A stretch of DNA of 64,000 bases, from assembly GCA_951406725.2 (NCBI GenBank), contig OX597832.1, positions 23,684,001 through 23,748,000 on the forward strand. Reading direction: 5' to 3'. Position numbers and translations under genes: made by a program. This DNA is from Octopus vulgaris. Taxonomy: Eukaryota. The notes below the pieces were generated by a model. The model was not told the DNA's origin, ran no database searches, and saw only the letters and a program-made list of their open reading frames with translations. Of this stretch, positions 41,489-55,535 are shown piece by piece (positions within the stretch are counted from its first letter, which is position 1; each line of letters opens with the position of its first letter).

Positions 41489-41811
41489 GTTGGTTCTCTA
41501 GTGGTTAGAGATCCAACCTTGATTCTTCGCTGGTTACAGCGTATGAGTGCCTAAAGGGTGTCTATGTCTTCTCGCGGCTACATGGACACTTAAACTGATC
41601 AGTGAAAGCACAATTCAAGGTTACCCCGTTAGTACCAGGTTCACAGTTATCCTCTCGCTTTCAAGTGACAACTAAGTTAAGAAGCGTGAAGCATACATAT
41701 TATCATCATTATCATCGTAGAATATCCGTTTTCCATGTTGACATACGTTGAGCGAAAAATGGATTTGGTATGAAACCTACTTACAAAAGATATCCTACAA
41801 AAGATATCCTA

Positions 41812-41975
41812 CTAACAAACACCTGAGGATACACAAACTGCACAGATTGATGCAACACAACTAGATGCACAATATTCTACCCATAACGGACAGTTGCAGG
41901 ATGGGTCAAAACGATCGTCGTGCTGAATAAAGATTCGTACCAAATCCATTTTCCGTTTGTATTCAGGATTCATCT
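41812..41975 (+). mobile_element. Repeat with extended-stem-II hammerhead-like motif
   Basis: CAC/CTGAGGA (41823)/~78-nt insert ending TGCAGGATGGGTC/AAAA-CGATCG-TC/GTG; reverse complement of 38996-39160. Confidence 0.55.
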
Positions 41976-42123
41976 CTTAATAGTTAATATATATATATTA
42001 CAAAGTACCAAACTGTCTTTCTCAAGTAGCTACAAAGAACTAAACGAGTAAGTATGTATATATGTATATCTATGTATATCTATCTATCTATCTATGTGAA
42101 GGCGCATGGCTTTGTGGTTAGGA

Positions 42124-42353
42124 CAGTGTTTCTCAACCGGGTTCCACAAAAGGTTCCCAGGGGTTTCGTGAGATTAAGTGCGATAAGCCAATGCTAATTT
42201 CATGATCGTAATATTACCATACATGCACAACATATTATTGGTTATTATAGTATAGACAGCGTCCTATTACGTTATCAGTTTTCAGGTCATTTGATGACCG
42301 TATGAAAATGTTCAGTTATATAAGCATACATATATACATACACATATACATAC

Positions 42354-42400
<47 letters not shown>

Positions 42401-43102
42401 TGTGTGTGTTAGTAAAAAGTAATGGATTTTAATGTCAATATATATATATATATATATATATACAGAGAGAGAGAGAAGAAGAAGAAGAAGAAGAAGAAGA
42501 AGAAGAAGAAGAAGAAGAAGATGATGATGATGATGATGAAGAAGAAGAAGAAGAAGAAGAAGAAGAAGAAGAAGAAGAAGAAGAAGAAGAAGAAGAAGAA
42601 GAAGAAGAAGAAGAAAGAGACCCTTCGGTCATGAATGACCATGCGATTGTACCTACAAGTTCCCCTTCAAGAGGCAAGGTTGTTTATGGAAGACTTTCGG
42701 TCTCCTCTCTACCCTCTCCACCAACCACTGATGTTATCTAAGGAAAAGGCAAAGGGGCCGATACAGCTTGGCACCAGTGACGTCGCAACTCATTTCTACA
42801 GGTGAGTTAACTGGAGCAACGGGAAAATATAGCGTCTTGCTCAAGAACTCAACTCAGCGTCCTATTAAGTTATCAAAAAATATGTAACAACCATATATAT
42901 ATATGTGTGTGTGTGTATGTATATAGATATATATATATATATATATGATATTTACCACGTGAACTACGATGAAAAATATGAGAAAGATATAGTATATATA
43001 TATATATGTGTGTGTGTGTTTTTTTTTTTTTGTGCAGGGGTTTCTTGAGACATGTAATTTATTTTAAGGGTTACGCAAGGGTAAAAAGGTTGAGAAACAT
43101 TG
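42124..43102. mobile_element. Non-autonomous hAT (Buster/Charlie-like) element inserted into a SINE head
   Basis: TIRs CAGTGTTTCTCAACC and GGTTGAGAAACATTG; 8-bp TSD GGTTAGGA / GATTAGGG (nnnTAnnn); splits a CORE-like SINE (42098-42123 plus 43103-43335). Confidence 0.82.
42278..42854 (-). mobile_element. Insertion of a headless SINE plus its 3' flank, with 21-bp TSD; homologous to 46897-47429
   Basis: CAGCGTCCTATTA(C/A)GTTATCA at 42257-42277 and 42855-42875. Confidence 0.8.
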
Positions 43103-43350
43103 GATTAGGGAGTTCGATTCTCGGTGGCATGTTGCGTCCTCGAGTGAAATGACACTTTATTTCATGGTGTTCCAGTCCACTTAGCTGGCAAAAAGGAGTA
43201 GCAACTGTATTTCAAGGGGCCGACTTTGTCACACTCTGTGTCTTCCTGAGAAGCGTGCGAAGGGGTACGCGTGTCTGTGGAGTTAATCTCGCGAGCGAGC
43301 TGTACCGTTGAACGGATCAACTGCAACCCACGTCGTCGTAAGCGACGGAG

Positions 43351-43417
<67 letters not shown>

Positions 43418-43420
<3 letters not shown>

Positions 43421-43982
43421 AGTTGTCCGGAAAGTTCGTGCCGATTTTTAAAGGAAAGAAAAAGGTCAATAAATAATTACTATTACATTCTTAATCAACC
43501 AAATATGAACCATCTTGTTGCACAATGCGTTTCCATCTTTCCTTTAATTTGAAAATACCCTCTTCCCAGAATTGAGGTGGTTTTATGGCAAAGAATTCGT
43601 CAAGGTATCTTTTTACGCCATCCAAGGAATTGAAATTTTTACCATTAAGACTATTCTGCAGAGACCTGAATAAGTGGAAATCCGAAGGAGCAATATCTGG
43701 TGAATATGGAGGGTGGGGTAACACATGCCAACCAAGCTGCAGCAATTTTTGTCTGGTTCCCAAAGCAGCAGGTGCCGAAATGAACTTTCTTATCTTCCAT
43801 TTTAAAGGGTTACAGAATTAACACAGGTTATAGGAACATAAACATTATTCCACGAAAAGATAGCTTAAACTGTGTTTTAAATGGAGGTTCTGTCAAATCC
43901 TATTTTATGGACTCAACCATGTTCTAAAATAAGTCGACAGGTAAGCTGCTATAAATCGGCACGAACTTTCCTGACAACCATA
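43418..43982 (-). mobile_element. Internally deleted mariner with both TIRs
   Basis: TIRs GTTGTCCGGAAAGTTCGTGCCGATTT and AAATCGGCACGAACTTTCCTGACAAC in TA context; ORF 43491-43763 LPHPPYSPDIAPSDFHLFRSLQN..GIFKLKERW is a mariner transposase C-terminus. Confidence 0.93.
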
Positions 43983-44134
43983 TACATAATATATAATATA
44001 TAATATAGAGACAGACAGACAGACAGACAGAGAACAAAATTGTAAAAGTAAATTATGAAATGATTCTTTTTTTAATCTTAAACTAGTTTCAAACTTGGGG
44101 CAGAGGAAAATGTGTATGCATGCGCGCGTGTATA

Positions 44135-44181
<47 letters not shown>

Positions 44182-44275
44182 ATGCGTGTTTGTGTGTGTG
44201 TGTGTGTGTGAGTGAGTGTGTGTGTGTGTGTAGAAACGAAAGAATAAATGAATGAATAAGTGAATGAATGAATGT

Positions 44276-44311
<36 letters not shown>

Positions 44312-44323
44312 GAGAAAGAACGA

Positions 44324-44399
<76 letters not shown>

Positions 44400-44491
44400 A
44401 CGAACGAAAGAAAGAAAGAAAGAAAGAACGAACGAAAGAAAGAAAGAAAGAAAGAACGAACGAAAGAAAGAAAGAAAGAAAGAACGAACGA

Positions 44492-44562
<71 letters not shown>

Positions 44563-44565
44563 GAA

Positions 44566-44641
<76 letters not shown>

Positions 44642-44671
44642 GAGGAAAGAAAGAAAGGAGAAAGAAAGAAA

Positions 44672-44727
<56 letters not shown>

Positions 44728-44744
44728 GAGGAAAGAAAGAAGGA

Positions 44745-44800
<56 letters not shown>

Positions 44801-44804
44801 ACGA

Positions 44805-44856
<52 letters not shown>
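44276..44856. repeat. (AAAG)n array
   Basis: Direct reading. Confidence 0.97.
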
Positions 44857-45228
44857 ACTCCAAGGTGAATGAAGGAGAAACAGAAAAGAAATGAGAAATG
44901 CTGAAACAAAGAAGTTTCGTTTTAGGAAAGAAACTTTGGAAATATTTTTAAACAGGAGAAAGAGAGAAAAATGAAAGCAAAAATATTAATGAATGAATGA
45001 TTGAGCGAATGAATGAATGAATGTCGAAGGAAGGAGGGAGGATTGAAAGAATATGCGAAATGTTGAACTAAGTTGGTATATTGAGAGAAAGGAAGGCAGA
45101 CTGATAGAGAGGGAGAGAGAGATAAATAGATATACAAAAAGACAGAGAGAGAGGGAGACATACATAAATTGAGGATGGATAGATAGATACATACATACAT
45201 ACAAACATACATAGACAAACAGATGGAT

Positions 45229-45276
<48 letters not shown>

Positions 45277-45363
45277 CGATAGATAGAGAGAGATATAGTT
45301 ACAGATACAGAGAGAGAGACAGACAGACAGAGAGACAGACAGATAGACGGATAAACGAATAGA

Positions 45364-45494
<131 letters not shown>

Positions 45495-45735
45495 ATGGAT
45501 GGATAGATGGATAGACAGAGGTACAGACAGACAGACTGACCAACAAACAGGAAAATTGATAGGATATTTGCACAAATTTCAAAAAAAAATATACAAAGAA
45601 ACGTTTAAAAATGGATCATAAATTTTAATGTAATTTAGAACTTTTAGTAACAAATAGTTTGGGAATATCAAAGCATATAAAAATATAATTTAAACAAGTT
45701 TTTAGACGGTGTAAGCAAATGCTACGCATTGTTGA

Positions 45736-46457
45736 TACATACATACATGCATACATACATACATACATACATACATACATACATACATACATACACACAT
45801 ACACACATACATACATACATACATACACACATACACACATACATACATACATACATACATACGTACATACGTACATACACACATATATACATACATACAT
45901 ACATACATACATACATACGTACATACATACATGCATACATACATACATACAGACATACATACATACATACATACATACATACACACATACACACATACAT
46001 ACATACATACATACATACATACACACATACACACATACATACATACATACATACATACGTACATACGTACATACACACATATATACATACATACATACAT
46101 ACATACATACATACATACATACATACATACATACACACATACACACATACATACATACATACATACATACATACATACATACATACATACATACACACAT
46201 ACACACATACATACATACATACATACATACATACATACATACATACATACGTACATACATACATACATACATACATACATACATACATACATACACACAT
46301 ACACACATACATACATACATACATACATACATACATACGTACATACACACATACATACATACATACATACATACATACACACATACACACATACATACAT
46401 ACATACATACACACATACACACATACATACACTCATTCATACATACATACATACATA
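45736..46457. repeat. (TACA)n array with recurring CACA/CGTA variants
   Basis: Direct reading. Similar (TATG)n arrays lie at 49415-50045 and 51745-52100, and (TACA)n at 13865-14170. Confidence 0.97.
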
Positions 46458-47264
46458 GGTATGCATGGCAGGACTTGGGCTCTCGGGGAGAGAACGCAAA
46501 TCCTTCATTCATACCCTAAAAATGATCGCAATATCCGTCACAATAAAAATCTGCAAGACGTTCTTAAGTTTTAAAGGCTTATAAACAAAACGTGTTGTTT
46601 TCCTTAAAAGCCTTGCTACCTCACAGGTGGCCACCCAAAATTAACTCGAAATTAAAAACAGAAAGAGAACCAACGTACATACATACATACATACATACAT
46701 ACATACATACATACATACATACATACATACATACATACATACATACATACCTATGTGTGTTTGGTTGCGTGTGTGCTTGTTTGTGTGTGTATGTGTGTGC
46801 ATTCATGTATTTATATATGTTAATGTTTGTCTTTTTTTATGTTAAGCTTTTTATGTAAAAGCAATTCCACATCGAAATTTCGACAGTAACTTCGAAGTTT
46901 TCGGGTCATTTGATGACCGTATGAAAATGTTCATTTATATAAGTGTGTGTGTGTATGTGTGTGTGTGTTAGTAAAAAGTAATGGATTTTAATGTCAATAT
47001 ATATATATACAGAGAGAAGAAGAAGAAGAAGAAGAAGAAGAAGAAGAAGAAGAAGAAGAAGGAGAAGAAGAAGACGAAGACGAAGAAGAAAAAGAAGATG
47101 AAGAAGAAGAAGAAGAAGAAGAAGAAGAAGAAGAAGAAGAAGAAGAAGAAGAAGAAGACGAAGACGAAGAAAAAAAAGAAGGTGAAGAAGAAGAAGAAGA
47201 AGAAGAAGAAGAAGAAGAAGAAGAAGAAGAAGAAGAAGAAGAAGAAGAAGAAGAAGAAGAAGAG

Positions 47265-47500
47265 TACCCTTCGGTCATGAACGACCATACTAGGAAGTTC
47301 CCCTTGGATGTTATCCAAGGAAAAGGCAAAGAGGCCGATACAGCTTGGCACCAGTGACGTCGCAACTTATTTCTACAGCTGAGTGAACTGGAGCAATGTG
47401 AAATAAAGTGTCTTGCTTAAGAACACAACACACAGCCCAGGCTGGGAATCGAACTCACTACCTCATGATTGTGAGCTTCACACCCTAGCCACTGAACCAT
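47265..47500 (-). mobile_element. CORE-like SINE with tRNA head, followed by (CTT)n
   Basis: TGGTTCAGTGGCTAGGG..GAGTTCGATTCCC head; core TTGCTCCAGTTCACTCAGCTGTAGAAAT; 3' hairpin GGTCGTTCATGACC. Confidence 0.82.
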
Positions 47501-48036
47501 TTGTCTATAATATTAATTCTCTGGCACCATTTCGAGACTCAGAGTTCTTGAAAACTTTCATAAGCATTCTCTTTTTCTTTTACACCGAACTTAGAAGCTA
47601 GTCCTGACTTGGAGAAGGTGCAAGATCCCTCGGCGAAATTTGAACTCAGGGTGCAGCGATTCGGAACAGTTACCACAAGGTATCTTGTTTGACTCTCCAA
47701 ATGTTCCACCCACCTACAAAGTTGGATGTTTACATTATTTGTTGGGTCTGGAAGGATAAATGGTAGAGTTAACCTCAGCGGGTTTTGAACTCACAGCACG
47801 GAGAATCAGAACGAATGCCTCCAAGAATTCAAAGCGATGCAATAACGACCTCAGCTATTTATCTTCATTGCATGACTTGATTTTCATATCGATATCTATC
47901 TATCTTCAACTCTCTCTCCCTCTCTCCCCATCCATCCATCCATCCGTGAAAACATATACATATGTATATATATATATACATATATATATATATACATATG
48001 TATATGTTTTCACGGATGGATGGATATATATATATG

Positions 48037-48104
<68 letters not shown>

Positions 48105-48236
48105 TATATACATATATAAATATATATTTATATATATATACATTTATTTATATATATTTATTTATTTATATATATATACATATATATAAATGCGCATGTA
48201 TATACACATATGTACATACTAATGTACACATATATA

Positions 48237-48283
<47 letters not shown>

Positions 48284-48483
48284 AAATATATATGTATATA
48301 CTTTTGCATTTTTGCATACATATATATATATATATACAGACAAACGAACACATGTACGCACACATACACATACAGACACACACACATACACATACACACA
48401 TACACACACACATTTAGAAGCTTACATTACGGATTTAGTTTTGATTTCATTCTGTTTGTTCAAGAAGATAGTTCAGATAGTTC

Positions 48484-48546
<63 letters not shown>

Positions 48547-49977
48547 CAAACACATTAATTTTCGTTTTTCAAACAGTAAAAAAAAATAATAACTTGTACT
48601 TGCGAAAAGCAAAGAAATAAGTTTTATAAACATTTCAAAACAAAAGAAAAAACTCTTTTTAGTCTTTGGAACATTTCAAATTCTTCCTTAACATATAAAA
48701 ATAAAAAATGATGCTAACTCCATAAATATTAAAACTTTTTTTCTCGTCGTCATTCTTAAGACATCGGGAACCAAATACTAAAACTTATTCAAAATAATTA
48801 AGACTTACTTGTGTCCAATAATTGAGATTTCAGTTAATGAAAAAAAAACTTGATGGTTATTATAATTATAATTATAAAACTTAAATCAAATTCTCAAGGA
48901 TTTTAAGTTATTTTCTATTCCGTTTTGTTGGGGTTTTTTTGTGGGGTTGGTTTGTTTTTTTTTTTAAAGTATATCTTCGAAGAATTGTCATCTTATTCTG
49001 ATAGAGAACATTTGCATCTGGTTACTCGCTCGTTCTACGTACTGTAACAACAGCAGCAGCAGCAGCAGCAGCAGCGGCAGCAGCAGCAGGCGAAGAAGCA
49101 CAAACAGCTGTAGTGACGGTAATAACGATAGCAGCAGCGGCTACGACGGCAAGTGCAGCAGCAGTAGTCACCAACAACAGCATGAGTGCAGCGGGAACAA
49201 ATCAACGGCGTTTTTTTTCACAACAATAGCAACCGCAGCGCTTTCAGCAGCCGTTACGACACGCGTTGATGACGTTGACACGGAGTCTCTCCAGCAGCAA
49301 GGTATATCCTAACTACTCACCGCCGTCTACACCGGCATCATCCCCCATACCGCCGCTTCGATTAAGCACAGGGATTGTACGTCTGTGCGCGTTAGAGTGT
49401 ATACACACGTGCGTATATGTATGTATGTGTGTATGTATGTATGTATGAATGAGTGTATGTATGTATGTGTGTATGTATGTATGTATGTATGAATGAGTGT
49501 ATGTATGTATGTATGTATGTATGTATGTATGTATGTATGTATGTATGTATGAATGAGTGTATGTATGTATGTGTATGTAGGTATGTATGTATGTATGTAT
49601 GTATGTGTGTATGTATGTATGTATGTATGTATGAATGAGTGTATGTGTGTATGTATGTATGTATGTATGTATGTATGTATGTATGTATGTATGTATGTAT
49701 GAATGAGTGTATGTATGTATGTGTATGTAGGTATGTATGTATGTATGTATGTATGTGTGTATGTAGGTATGTATGTATGTATGTATGTATGAATGAGTGT
49801 ATGAATGAGTGTATGTATGTATGTGTGTATGTATGTGTGTATGTATGTATGTGTGTGTATGTATGTATGTATGTATGTATGTATGAATGAGTGTATGTAT
49901 GTATGTGTGTATGTATGTATGTGTGTGTATGAATGTATGTGTATGTATGTATGTATGTATGTGTGTGTATGTATGTA

Positions 49978-50010
<33 letters not shown>

Positions 50011-50148
50011 ATGAATGAGTGTATGTATGTATGTATGTATGTATATGTGTGTGCGTTTATGTGTATATGCGCACGTGTATATATGTGTATGTGCGCGTCT
50101 GTGCAGCAATATCCGCATGCGTTTGTGCTTGTTTGTGTGCATGCGTAT

Positions 50149-50560
50149 AGGCGCAGGGGTGGCCGTGTGGTAAGTAGCTTGCTTACGAACCATATGGTTC
50201 CGGGTTCAGTCCCACTGCGTGGCACCTTGGGCAAGTGTCTTCTACTATAGCCTCGAGCCGACCAAAGCCGTGCGAGTGGATTTGATAGACGGAAACTGAA
50301 AGAAGCCCGTCGTATATATGTATATATATATATATATATATGTTTGTGTCTGTGTTTGTCCCCCCAACATCGCTTGACAACCGATACTGGTGTGTTTACG
50401 TTCCTGTAACTTAGCGGTTCGGCAAAAAAGACCGATAGAATAAGTACTAGGCTTACAAAGAATAATTCATGGTGTCGATTTGCTTGACTAAAGGCGGTGC
50501 TCCAGCATGGCCACTGTCATATGACTGAAACAAGTAAAAGAGTAAAAGAGAGTAAAGAGT
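50149..50560 (+). mobile_element. Full-length SINE family A
   Basis: A box TGGCCGTGTGG, B box GGTTCAGTCCC, internal (TA)n, LINE-like tail GGCGGTGCTCCAGCATGGCCAC..GACTGAAAC(AAGTAAAAG)n. Further copies at ~17270-17520 (+), 18995-19260 (-), 51470-51670 (+), 55190-55679 (-), 56620-56930 (+), 59625-60025 (-) and 60826-60990 (+). Confidence 0.92.
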
Positions 50561-51365
50561 ATGTGGTTGTGTGTACTCGCAGAGGAAATGTCTATACGTG
50601 TGTGGCTGTGTGTGTGTGTGTGTGTGTGCGTGTAAGTTTCTATATGTGTGCAGCTGTATGTGCGCGCACTTACATTTCTCTATGTGTGTGGTTGTGTATG
50701 TGTGTGTACGCAGGAGTTTGTGTGCGTGTGTCTGTATGAATGTGTGTGTGCGTGAGTGCTTGCATGCAGATTTCTGTCTGTGCGTGTCTTGCGTGGGCTT
50801 GCACACGTGTGCGTTTTGTGTGTATGTGTTTGTATTTCTGTATGTGTACATATATATGTGTGTGTGAGCGTGTGTCTGTGTGTGCGTACGCGTCTCAGCA
50901 CATCTATATATAGATATGTGTGTGTGTGTGTGTGAGAGTGTGCGTGTAAGCACATCTATATATGTGTGTGTGTGTGTGTATGTGTATGCGTGTCAGCACA
51001 TCTATATATATATAGATATATGTATGTGTGTGTGAGTGTGCGTGTCAGCACATCTATATATATGTGTGTGTATGTATGTGTGTGTGCGTGTATGTTTGCA
51101 TGTGTATTCGTCTGCATGCTTGTTTCTAATGTATCTGTGTGTGTGTCTGTATGTGTGTGCGTAGGGAAAAGTATGTGCTTTAATGGGTGAATGTATGTAT
51201 GCGTGGGAGGTGTAATATGTGTTTGTTTGTGTGTGTGCGTGTGTGTGTGTGAGTGCCTATGATAGTGCGTGAGCGTGTGTATTTGTGTGTGTATATGATT
51301 TTGATTTTGATTTTGATTTTTCCAGTTTCAGCTAATGAGCTGTGGCCATGCTGGGGCACCGCCAT

Positions 51366-51402
<37 letters not shown>

Positions 51403-51433
51403 TTGTATATGTATATGTTTTACGTGTGTATTC

Positions 51434-51466
<33 letters not shown>

Positions 51467-52203
51467 ATTGTCTGTTTGTCCGCCCACCATCGCTTGACAA
51501 CCGATGCCGGTACGTTTACGTCCTCGTAACTTAGGAGTTTGGCATAAGAGACTGATAGAATGAGTAGTACGCTTACAAAGAATAAGTCTTGGGGTTGATT
51601 TGTTCGACCAAAGGCGGTGCTCCAGCATGGACACAGTCAAATGAATGAAACAAATAGAAGAAAAGAAAAGAATACATATATATACTTACATACATCCATG
51701 CATATATTTATTTATTTATATATAATATATGTGTATATGTGTGTATGTATGTATGTATGTATGTATGTATGTATGTATGTATGTATGTATGTATGTATGT
51801 ATGTATGTATGTATGTGTGTGTATGTATGTATGTATGTATGTATGTATGTATGTATGTATGTATGTATGTATGTATGTATGTATGTATGTATGTATGTGT
51901 GTGTATGTATGTGTGTATGTATGTATGTATGTATGTATGTATGTATGTATGTATGTATGTGTGTGTGTATGTATGTATGTATGTATGTGTGTATGTATGT
52001 ATGTATGTATGTAGGTAGGTATGTATGCATGTATGTATGTGTGTATGTATGTATGTACGTACGTACGTATGTATGTATGTATGTATGTATGTATGTATGT
52101 ATTTGTATATGTGTATGCGTTTATTTATATGTCTATGCGATGTTCGCGTGTGTTTATATGTTTGAATAAGTTCGCTCGTGTTTACAAGTGTGATGTTGCT
52201 TGT

Positions 52204-52259
<56 letters not shown>

Positions 52260-52427
52260 TTGCTTGTTTGTGTGTGTGTGGAGAGAAACAAAGACGGAGA
52301 GACAGAAAGACACGGAGAGAGAGAAAGTGGCAGACAGACAGACAGAGCGAGATTTTCTTAATTACAGACTAAAAACCATTGTTATACGCATTGATACATG
52401 TATGTGTGTTATGCTTGTATGCATGAG

Positions 52428-52481
<54 letters not shown>

Positions 52482-52784
52482 TGTGTGAGTATATATTCTA
52501 TTGTATGTGTTTCTATAAGTGTAAATGTTACAGCGTGAGTACGTTCCGTGTTTCCGTGTATTGTACGTGTGTCTGTTACTGTGAGACTAGAGTGCTACTA
52601 AGCATATGTACGTGTTTGTAAGTATGTGTGTATGTGTGTATGCGCGGTTTCAGCATGTGCAACTGTATGTTTGAGGAAGTAGAGACGAGAGTGAATCGAA
52701 AAGTAATGCCAATAAAAATTGCATTACTTTCTAAGAACTCACCTTCGAAAAAATTCGCGTTCGCGTTGTATTTATATCTATGTA

Positions 52785-52986
52785 CAAGAGAGAGGGCTGA
52801 AAAGTTCCTGGCTTTGGGTCAAAGAAAAATAGAGGAAGTTCAGTTAATTATGATTTTATGCAACATGTTCCCCTCTCGGATCCACACACTTACTGCAGCG
52901 GCCCTTCAGTTTTTCTAAATCCTAAAAAAGCACTCGGAAGGTCTTTCGTTATACCCTTAAAGCCAAAAACTTTTCTGCACACCCCG
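52785..52986. mobile_element. Mariner-type MITE, copy 1
   Basis: GGGCTGAAAAGTTCCTGGCTTT ... AAAGCCAAAAACTTTTCTGCAC; TA flanks. Confidence 0.8.
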
Positions 52987-53000
52987 CATATATATGTGTG

Positions 53001-53053
<53 letters not shown>

Positions 53054-53075
53054 ATATACATACATATATATATAC

Positions 53076-53150
<75 letters not shown>

Positions 53151-53155
53151 CACAC

Positions 53156-53563
53156 AATAAAAAATCTCTGAGCGATGTATAAACAGTAGCTGCGCGACAT
53201 CGTGCAATATATTTGCCACTTAAATGTGGCTAACCCTTAAGGGTTCATGCTACTGTAGCTTTAGCCCCCAGGAAGACATTTCCTTCAGCCGGCTATTGAC
53301 ACACTTTCTGTGCCCTATCAATAATTGCAAAGGGAAGTCATCCTTCCCATCTCCAGCCTGATGATGGATCAATACTCAGAAACTCGGGTCCGTGTGTATC
53401 ACGTAAGGCTGGAAATGGGAAGGATGGCTTCCCTTTGCAAATACTGATGGAGCACAGAATGTGTGTCAATAGCCACCTGGAGATGTTCTCCTGCGGCTAC
53501 AAACTACAGTAGCATGAACCCTTAATGGTTAGCCACATTTAGGTGGCAAATATATTGCACGAT
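53156..53563 (+). mobile_element. Fold-back unit (~160-bp diverged arms) with a hammerhead-like motif in the loop
   Basis: Arms 53199-53359 and 53406-53563; CTGATGA (53358)..GAA-ACTC-GGGT-C (53390); flanked by (CA)/(TA). Confidence 0.7.
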
Positions 53564-53792
53564 ATATATAAATAAATACAGCGTACATTTAAACACGTAA
53601 GAGGCATCCATCATTGGACTCCTTGCACGCTAGAAAGAACAGTTAAATTCCAAACCACTATTAGGGATAAAACTTCGAAAGGAAGAAATCCTAAAATAAT
53701 ACATAGTCAACGGACTAAATTCTTTTACACTCTAGGCCACTGGTAGTAGAAATTTCTTATATTTCTTATTACCCTTGATATTATATGTGTGC

Positions 53793-53850
<58 letters not shown>

Positions 53851-53867
53851 ATGTACGTATATACGTA

Positions 53868-54301
53868 CGAGGAAGGGGCTGAAAAGTTCCTGGCTCTGGG
53901 TAAAAGAAAATACAGAAGAATCAGTTAATTATGATTTTATTCAACATATTCCCCTCTCACATTCACCCTTCAGTTTTTCTAAATCCTGAAAAGAACTCGG
54001 AAGACTGGGCCTCCATCCAATCCTTTCACGACACCCTTAATGCCAGAAACTTTTATGCACCCCTCGTATATATATATACGAATGAGGGGTGCTGAAAAGT
54101 TCCTGGTTTTGAGTAAAAGAAAATACAAGGAGATCAGTTAATTATAACTTTATTCAACATATTCCCCTCACAGGTTCACACACTTATTGCTGCGGTTCTT
54201 CAGTTTTTCTAAGCCCTGAAAAGGAACTCAGAAGATTAGACCCTCCATCCAGGCCTTTCGTGACACCCTTAAAGCCAGGAACTTTTCAGCCCTCCACCCC
54301 G
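53868..54301. mobile_element. Two adjacent mariner-type MITEs (53868-54066 and 54079-54301) separated by (TA)n
   Basis: TA|CGAG..GCTGAAAAGTTCCTGG ... GCCAG.AACTTTT..GC.CC..CG|TA in both; same family as 52785. Confidence 0.85.
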
Positions 54302-54846
54302 TATGATAATGCGTAGTACTGCGTAGGTGTACGTGCATGTGATTGTGTGTGTGTGTATCTGTGTATCTTTATTGTTCTTTTTACTTGTTTCAGTCATTTG
54401 ACTGCGGCCATGCTGGAGCACCGCATGTGTATGTGTGTGTATGTTTGTGTGTGTGTGTGAGTGTGTGTGCGCGTGTGTGTGTAGTTTATGTTTACAATTC
54501 TATTTACTTTCTTTCTTTGACTGGCTTCAACCATCAGACTGCGGCCGGGCTGGAGCACCGCGCTCAAAAGTTTCAATGGATCATATCGAATTCCACTGCT
54601 TTCATTTTTTATCATTCTCTACTTATCAAACCGCTAGGTTACGTATTTGCCATAACTGGGACGCAACTCCTTACTGGAAGACATTGCCTCTCTCACCCTC
54701 CCCCCCACACACACACATACATACAAATACACATTTGCATGTGCATATGTGTGGATGTGTGTTGACGTGTGTGCTTCTGTGTGTGTGTGTTTGTGCGCGT
54801 GAGTGTGTGGAATCATTTATAACTACAGCTAACGTTATAAAAGACG

Positions 54847-55180
54847 ACGAGCTGGCAGAACTGTTACGTTATGAATTCTGAGTTCAAATTCCGCCGAGGT
54901 CGACTTTGCCTTTCATCCTTTCAGGGTCAATAAATTAAGTACCAGTTACACACTGGGATCGATCTAATCGACTGGCTGCCTTCCCCAATAATTTCGGGCC
55001 TCATGCTTAGAGTAGAAAACAATAAAGGTGGCCAGCTGGCAGAAACGTTAGCACACCGGACGAAATGCTTAGCGGTATTTCGTCTGCCTTTACGTTCTGA
55101 GTTCAAATTCCGCCGAGGTCGATTTTGCCTTTCATCCTTTCGGGGGCGATAAATTAAGTACCAGTTGCGTACGGGGCTCC
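54847..55180 (+). mobile_element. Two tandem SINE family B copies
   Basis: AGCTGGCAGAA..CTGAGTTCAAATTCCGCCGAGGTCGA.TTTGCCTTTCATCCTTT occurs twice. Confidence 0.85.
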
Positions 55181-55372
55181 AATTTTATATATTCTTTTAT
55201 TCTTTTGTTTCAGTCATTTGACTACGGCCACACTGGAGCACCACATTTAATCGAACAAATCGACCCCAGGACTTATTCTTTGTAAGCCTAGTAATTATTC
55301 ACGGGGACATAAGCACACCAACATTGCTTGTCAAGTGCTGGTGGAGGTACAAACACAGACACACACACACAG

Positions 55373-55415
<43 letters not shown>

Positions 55416-55454
55416 TGTATACATATATATATATATATAAATATATACATACAC

Positions 55455-55535
<81 letters not shown>

